Source of the DNA: an uncultured virus (IMG/VR IMGVR_UViG_3300010347_001950)
Taxonomy: Duplodnaviria > Heunggongvirae > Uroviricota > Caudoviricetes
Length of the DNA: 64,000 bases
IMG/VR virus record: IMGVR_UViG_3300010347_001950
Reading direction: 5' to 3' (one strand)
Position numbers and translations under genes: made by a program. Shown in pieces: positions 59,514-64,000 of the stretch (positions within the stretch are counted from its first letter, which is position 1; the number at the start of each line of letters is the position of its first letter). Under the pieces are notes generated by a model. It saw nothing but the letters and a program-made list of their open reading frames with translations. It searched no databases and was not told where the DNA came from.

Positions 59514-59996
59514 ATGGAATATATTGAATCAATGAGCCTAAAAAATATGGCAGAACAATTAGTAGACAAATACAACATTTATCTTGGGTATATTGATATT
59601 GAAAATATATTTTTTGCCTCTATTGACGGCGTTAAGCCCCCAAAAGCATCGCCAATATTTATTAGTGGGGTTGCAAGCAAATGGGTTAGGCAAATTCTTG
59701 GGAAAATTCCAAATGGGCAACTTTATTGTATAGCGATATGGGAATCTGAATGGGAATCTCTTTGGAAAAGCAAACAGGAATGGTTGTTGTTTGATTGTTT
59801 GTTGTGCGTTGGGCGTAATAACGATGGTAGTTTAAGGAAGAGAGACTGTAACGAGTGGGCTATTATAGTAGAATATTTAGGTCCATATTGGAGAATTAAA
59901 GATGACGTAGAACTTCCTAGCCTATTAGATTCCCCCGATCCGCTACCAATACCAATGCCGCTAATTGATCCAGAAGACGAAGATAATAATTATTAG
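59514..59996 (+). CDS. Putative phage metallopeptidase-like protein (HExxH absent)
   Basis: YCIAI...EWE.L...QEWLLFDCL...G.LRKRD..EW.IIVEYLG resembles that family, but HEL is replaced by DCL. Confidence 0.45.
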   Translation: MEYIESMSLKNMAEQLVDKYNIYLGYIDIENIFFASIDGVKPPKASPIFISGVASKWVRQILGKIPNGQLYCIAIWESEWESLWKSKQEWLLFDCLLCVGRNNDGSLRKRDCNEWAIIVEYLGPYWRIKDDVELPSLLDSPDPLPIPMPLIDPEDEDNNY

Positions 59997-60005
59997 GGTT
60001 GATAT

Positions 60006-61073
60006 ATGAATTTATATAATAAGTATCGTCCAATTAAATTTAATGATGTGGCTCAGCCATTTGTAACAACTGCGCTTAAAACACAAATAATTAATAACAC
60101 ACATGTTTCAAGCTACATTTTTAGCGGACCAAGCGGCGTTGGCAAAACAACAATAGCCAGAATTATGGCTATGGCGCTGTGTTGCAAATACACAAAAGAT
60201 GGAGAACCATGTGGCAAGTGCGAAGATTGTATATCAATAATTCAGGATAGGCATCGTGATGTAATTGAGCACAATTGTGCTGTTAGCGGCGGTGTAGACG
60301 ACATGAGGACTGTTATTGTTGAAAATATGATAATAGCGCCGATTAGTGGATGGAGGATATTTATACTTGATGAAGCTCAATTAATAACTATGCAGGGGCA
60401 AAATTCTTTATTAAAAACTCTTGAGGAACCGCCTCCGCATGTCAAATTTTTTATTTGTACTACAGAACCAAATAAAATTCTGCCAGCTATACAAACTAGA
60501 TGCCAGCACTTTAGATTAATTCCGGTTTCTTCTAAAGATATAATAAATATTCTTGTAAATATATTAAATAGTGAGAATATTGACACGTATGAAATTGATG
60601 CGCTAAAGCTAATAGCAGAACATAGCAACGGGAGTGCAAGAACAGCCATAGTAGAACTTGAAAGAGTAATTGATTTAGGTGTTACTGAACAAAATGTTCG
60701 CAATATGCTTGGGAGGGGTTCTAGAAAACTATCATTGGATTTGTTATTGGCTATTGCTAATGGTAACTACGGTGAAGTTTTCCATATTATTGATATGTGT
60801 AAATTAACAGGAATACATATGCAATCTTTGTTCGAGGAATCTGCAAATATTTTATTGACTGTTGCTAAATATAAATTAAAAGTTATAGAATCTGTTGACG
60901 ACGATATATTGATTATTAGTAAAAAATACACAGGCACACAAACAATGGAAGTTACAGCCCAATTATTAGAAATATTATCAAAAATTAAGCAAAATATACC
61001 AGAGGATTTAATATCTTCTGTATATTTGCTCAAAACTATAAATAAATATAAGTTAAGTGGCAAAACAAAATAG
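60006..61073 (+). CDS. dnaX: DNA polymerase III gamma/tau clamp-loader subunit
   Basis: LYNKYRP..F, FSGPSGVGKT, PCGKCEDC, FILDEA, LLKTLEEPP, TTEP.KI, QTRC and GSAR. Confidence 0.93.
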   Translation: MNLYNKYRPIKFNDVAQPFVTTALKTQIINNTHVSSYIFSGPSGVGKTTIARIMAMALCCKYTKDGEPCGKCEDCISIIQDRHRDVIEHNCAVSGGVDDMRTVIVENMIIAPISGWRIFILDEAQLITMQGQNSLLKTLEEPPPHVKFFICTTEPNKILPAIQTRCQHFRLIPVSSKDIINILVNILNSENIDTYEIDALKLIAEHSNGSARTAIVELERVIDLGVTEQNVRNMLGRGSRKLSLDLLLAIANGNYGEVFHIIDMCKLTGIHMQSLFEESANILLTVAKYKLKVIESVDDDILIISKKYTGTQTMEVTAQLLEILSKIKQNIPEDLISSVYLLKTINKYKLSGKTK

Positions 61074-61078
61074 ACTAG

Positions 61079-61106
61079 ATTACCCCCCTACAAGCCAGGG
61101 AGCTTT
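61079..61106 (-). mobile_element. IS200/IS605 end-like remnant
   Basis: The minus strand reads AAGCTCCCTGGCTTGTAGGGGGTAAT, like the GGGGTAATTCA end at 27418-27428. Confidence 0.35.
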
Positions 61107-61221
61107 GCCACAATTCTTTGTGGGGTAGGTATTGTGTTCATTGTATGACGGGGGTTTCATAAGACACCAAAGATAAATATATATTTTTGTATAATATATA
61201 TTTAGAAAAAGGAGTCTTCTG

Positions 61222-61857
61222 GTGTCAAAAAATGAAGATGATATTTTAGAAACGCTTGTCGAAAAAGCAAAAGCACATGACTTAAAATCTTTTGATAAAA
61301 TTTTAAGTATACTAAATCCGGAATTAAAAAAGATGGCTACAAAATATTATATAAACGGATCTGATGCAGAAGATGTATTGCAAGAAGCAAGAATAGGTGT
61401 TTGGAAGGCTGTTGAAGACTGGCAACCCTCTGGTGGAATGAGTTTTAAAAATTTTGCAATTAATCTTTGCTGTAAGCGCCATATTATTACTGCGATGGCA
61501 ACCGCAAACAGAAAGAAGTATACTATTTTAAATCAATCTATATCATACGAAATACCAATTATTACAAACGATCCTTCAGACACAGAACAGTCATTGGCAG
61601 ATTTTATTGAAGACCCAAATTCCGAGCTTATCAATCATTTCATTAGTAGAGACGAGCGAGAAACAAGGCATCGAAGAATTTTGTCAAAACTCACCAACAT
61701 GGAAAGGTCTATATATTTATATTTTATGCAGGATTTGTCGTACCGCGAAATTGCAGAAAACCTTGGTATTAAAACAAAGGCTGTTGATAATGCGCTTATG
61801 AGAATACGAAAAAAAGCAGCCGAAGTTATGAATGAAATTGATGAAGAGAATAATTAA
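61222..61857 (+). CDS. sigH: SigH-like RNA polymerase sigma factor
   Basis: YYINGSDAEDVLQEARIG..KA.....SFKNFA.LC.KR.IITA...ANRKK...LN, LSYREIA and KAVDNALMRIRKK match Firmicutes SigH. Confidence 0.88.
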   Translation: MSKNEDDILETLVEKAKAHDLKSFDKILSILNPELKKMATKYYINGSDAEDVLQEARIGVWKAVEDWQPSGGMSFKNFAINLCCKRHIITAMATANRKKYTILNQSISYEIPIITNDPSDTEQSLADFIEDPNSELINHFISRDERETRHRRILSKLTNMERSIYLYFMQDLSYREIAENLGIKTKAVDNALMRIRKKAAEVMNEIDEENN

Positions 61858-61868
61858 TTTAATTATTC

Positions 61869-63017
61869 GTGGAGGTACATATGAAGGTTGAGGCATTAAG
61901 GTCTGTTGTATTGCCGCTATTTTTACAAGCTCTAAAGACTCATGATAAAGACTCTGCGTTTTTGTTTGAGTTCAAAGGCGGGAAATTATTTTTGTTGTCA
62001 AATAACAGAAATGCAGAACAATATATTGAATTAAAAACAAATTTCGTTGAAGCCACAGACGGAGAAACATTGGCAGTCAATGGGTCTTCTTTCGTAGATT
62101 TAATTAAACAGTTTCCAGAAGAAGAAATAGAAATTGTTAGCTCAAGCAAAAAAATGCTTATTGTGAAAAGCAAAAATAAAAAAAGCCGCTTTGCTTTGCC
62201 TATTGAAAGCTCGCATAACATAACTAGATTTAAGATTATGGAAGACCCAATTTGTACGATTGCGTGTAATGGCAGTGTGCTTTCAGATGCATTCGCCAAA
62301 ACGGCATTTTCGGCATCTGACGACATGGCGTCTGCTCCGCTAACCGCTGTAAGATTGTATATAAGCGGGAGTAAAATGATAGCACAATCTACAGATAATT
62401 ATAGAATTAGTGTTTATGAAACAGATATTGATAATTTGGGGCAAACAGCAGAGTTGTTAATCCCAAAAAATACTGCAGAAAGTTTGTCTGTATTATTAAA
62501 CAAAATATCAGACGTAATTATATATTGTTATTCAAAATATGTTAAGTTTTGTTGGGATAACACAATTTTTATTTCATTTTTGGAAAACGGAATTGGAAAG
62601 CCATTCCCAGATGTCAATAAATTTATTGAATGTCCAGAAAATGCAAAAATTACGATATCCAGGAGTGATTTGTTGAGGGCAATTAAACTGGCGTCTTTGT
62701 TCTCGAAAGATTCTTATGTAAATCTTGAAGTAACGGACGAAGGTTTGAATGTTTCTACGTATGATAAAAATCGTGGGGCAAGCCAAGAAGTAATTGTTGC
62801 TGATAATATTTTTGGTTCTGCTAACACCGCTGTATCGTGCAAGCATATATTAAAAATTGTTGAAACTATATCTTCGCCATGGATTACAATTTCTTTTGTA
62901 GAAATATCATTCGCTAGAGGTTTGTATAGTGCCATTATAATTGATGAAGGTGTATATAAACACCTAATATGTCCGATAATCCCAAACGATAATGAAGATG
63001 AGCAAAATGAATCATGA
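61869..63017 (+). CDS. dnaN: DNA polymerase III beta sliding clamp
   Basis: About 380 aa with KTAFSAS.D....PLTAV, STDNYRIS, LLIPK and PFPDVNKFI; next to dnaX. Confidence 0.8.
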   Translation: MEVHMKVEALRSVVLPLFLQALKTHDKDSAFLFEFKGGKLFLLSNNRNAEQYIELKTNFVEATDGETLAVNGSSFVDLIKQFPEEEIEIVSSSKKMLIVKSKNKKSRFALPIESSHNITRFKIMEDPICTIACNGSVLSDAFAKTAFSASDDMASAPLTAVRLYISGSKMIAQSTDNYRISVYETDIDNLGQTAELLIPKNTAESLSVLLNKISDVIIYCYSKYVKFCWDNTIFISFLENGIGKPFPDVNKFIECPENAKITISRSDLLRAIKLASLFSKDSYVNLEVTDEGLNVSTYDKNRGASQEVIVADNIFGSANTAVSCKHILKIVETISSPWITISFVEISFARGLYSAIIIDEGVYKHLICPIIPNDNEDEQNES

Positions 63018-64000
63018 ATCAAGCAGTTGGGATAAATTATATATTATGCGTGGCGATGAATTTTTGTGTAGAATATCCATTGATTCTTTGATTGAGAAAA
63101 ACTCAAATGTACATAGATTTTATAGCGATGATCAAGTAGATGATATATCTAGGTTACTAACAAGTTTTTCGTTAGATTGTAATAATAATGTAGCAATTTT
63201 AATTAATCCTTCTCAACCAGAGATGGATTGTGTATTGAAGATTGTGTCGAAGAATCGTATATCTATAAAATATTTGATTATTTATATGCCCAGTATCGAT
63301 ATCGATAATGATTTGGTTAAAGAATCAAAATTAAAAAATCGAGTATTCGACCACGGTTACATTAATGCAAACGATATAGATAAACTAAGATATTTTATAG
63401 AGCACGTGTGCGCAAAGCAATACAATATCAATATTGGCAAGGATGCTTCTTCGTGGATTGTTTCTCGTGCTCCTACAAATGTAATTAGAATAAATAAATC
63501 AGACAAAGAAGTATTTGATTTAATGCAAATTTCTAATGAGATTAAAAAAATATCTACATTTAAAAAAGATATCAAAATCGACGATGTTAAAAAATATTAT
63601 GTATGTTCGGCAGAATCTGATATTTGGGAATGTATAAACCTAATTATTTCTGGAGATATTAATAAAGCGTATAGTTATTATAATATGTATGTACAACAAA
63701 AAGGCATAATGTCGCTAATTGGTGTTTTATCAAAGCAACTTGGATTGGTTGTTCAAATATATGATTTATATAAACAAGGATTGACAAATCCATACAGCAT
63801 ACAGAAAACACTAGAAGTGAATAATTTTGCCGACAAATATTCGTTTGCTATAGGCGATGATAATTACAAACATAATAATATAAACATCTGGAGAATTAAA
63901 AATATTGTAAATATGATGCACGCATATGATATGAATCAGATTTATAATCAGCTAAATGCAACGATGTGTGCTAATATTGATTTGAGATCTGGTTATAACC
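63007..64000 (+). CDS. holA: DNA polymerase III delta (HolA)-like subunit, partial
   Basis: Not in the ORF track because it runs off the end. It reads LYIMRGDEFL...DLMQISNEIKKI...I.IDDV....ESDIWE.I..I..GD..KA...LIGVLSKQL. Confidence 0.7.
   Translation, partial: MNHESSSWDKLYIMRGDEFLCRISIDSLIEKNSNVHRFYSDDQVDDISRLLTSFSLDCNNNVAILINPSQPEMDCVLKIVSKNRISIKYLIIYMPSIDIDNDLVKESKLKNRVFDHGYINANDIDKLRYFIEHVCAKQYNINIGKDASSWIVSRAPTNVIRINKSDKEVFDLMQISNEIKKISTFKKDIKIDDVKKYYVCSAESDIWECINLIISGDINKAYSYYNMYVQQKGIMSLIGVLSKQLGLVVQIYDLYKQGLTNPYSIQKTLEVNNFADKYSFAIGDDNYKHNNINIWRIKNIVNMMHAYDMNQIYNQLNATMCANIDLRSGYN

Noticed and set aside
1..64000. Stop-codon reassignment
   Set aside because: Conserved genes are full length in code 11, and TAA, TAG and TGA all end genes. 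In-frame stops appear only in IS remnants.

Overview
This is an AT-rich window (about 30-33% GC by eye) that is densely coding and lies almost entirely on the + strand. It looks like part of a jumbo/huge tailed-phage genome rather than a cellular chromosome. The left half (1-31 kb) holds auxiliary genes (UDP-glucuronate decarboxylase-like enzyme, DnaK, DUF151, J-like protein, PIN-PhoH) and a probable virion module. That module has two paralogous tail-tube-like genes, a 3069-aa protein with Asp-box and VWA motifs, an intein-containing subtilisin, a trypsin-like protease, a beta-helix spike, and a fibre gene carrying a GC-rich foreign cassette with 72-bp repeats. The right half (32-64 kb) is a near-complete bacterial-type replication and recombination cluster: split SbcC with SbcD, AAA ATPase, DnaC-like loader, DnaB, split DnaG, DnaE, SSB-like protein, RecA, RecJ, DnaX, DnaN and HolA. 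It also carries NrdJ, dUTPase, a CcrM/HinfI-like methyltransferase, a SigH-like sigma factor, SpoVS and a sigma-like protein with two C2H2 fingers. Most long intergenic gaps contain decayed IS200/IS605 (tnpA/tnpB) remnants or perfect palindromes. I saw no CRISPR array, tRNA, rRNA or reverse transcriptase. All calls come from recognising motifs by eye; no database searches were run.
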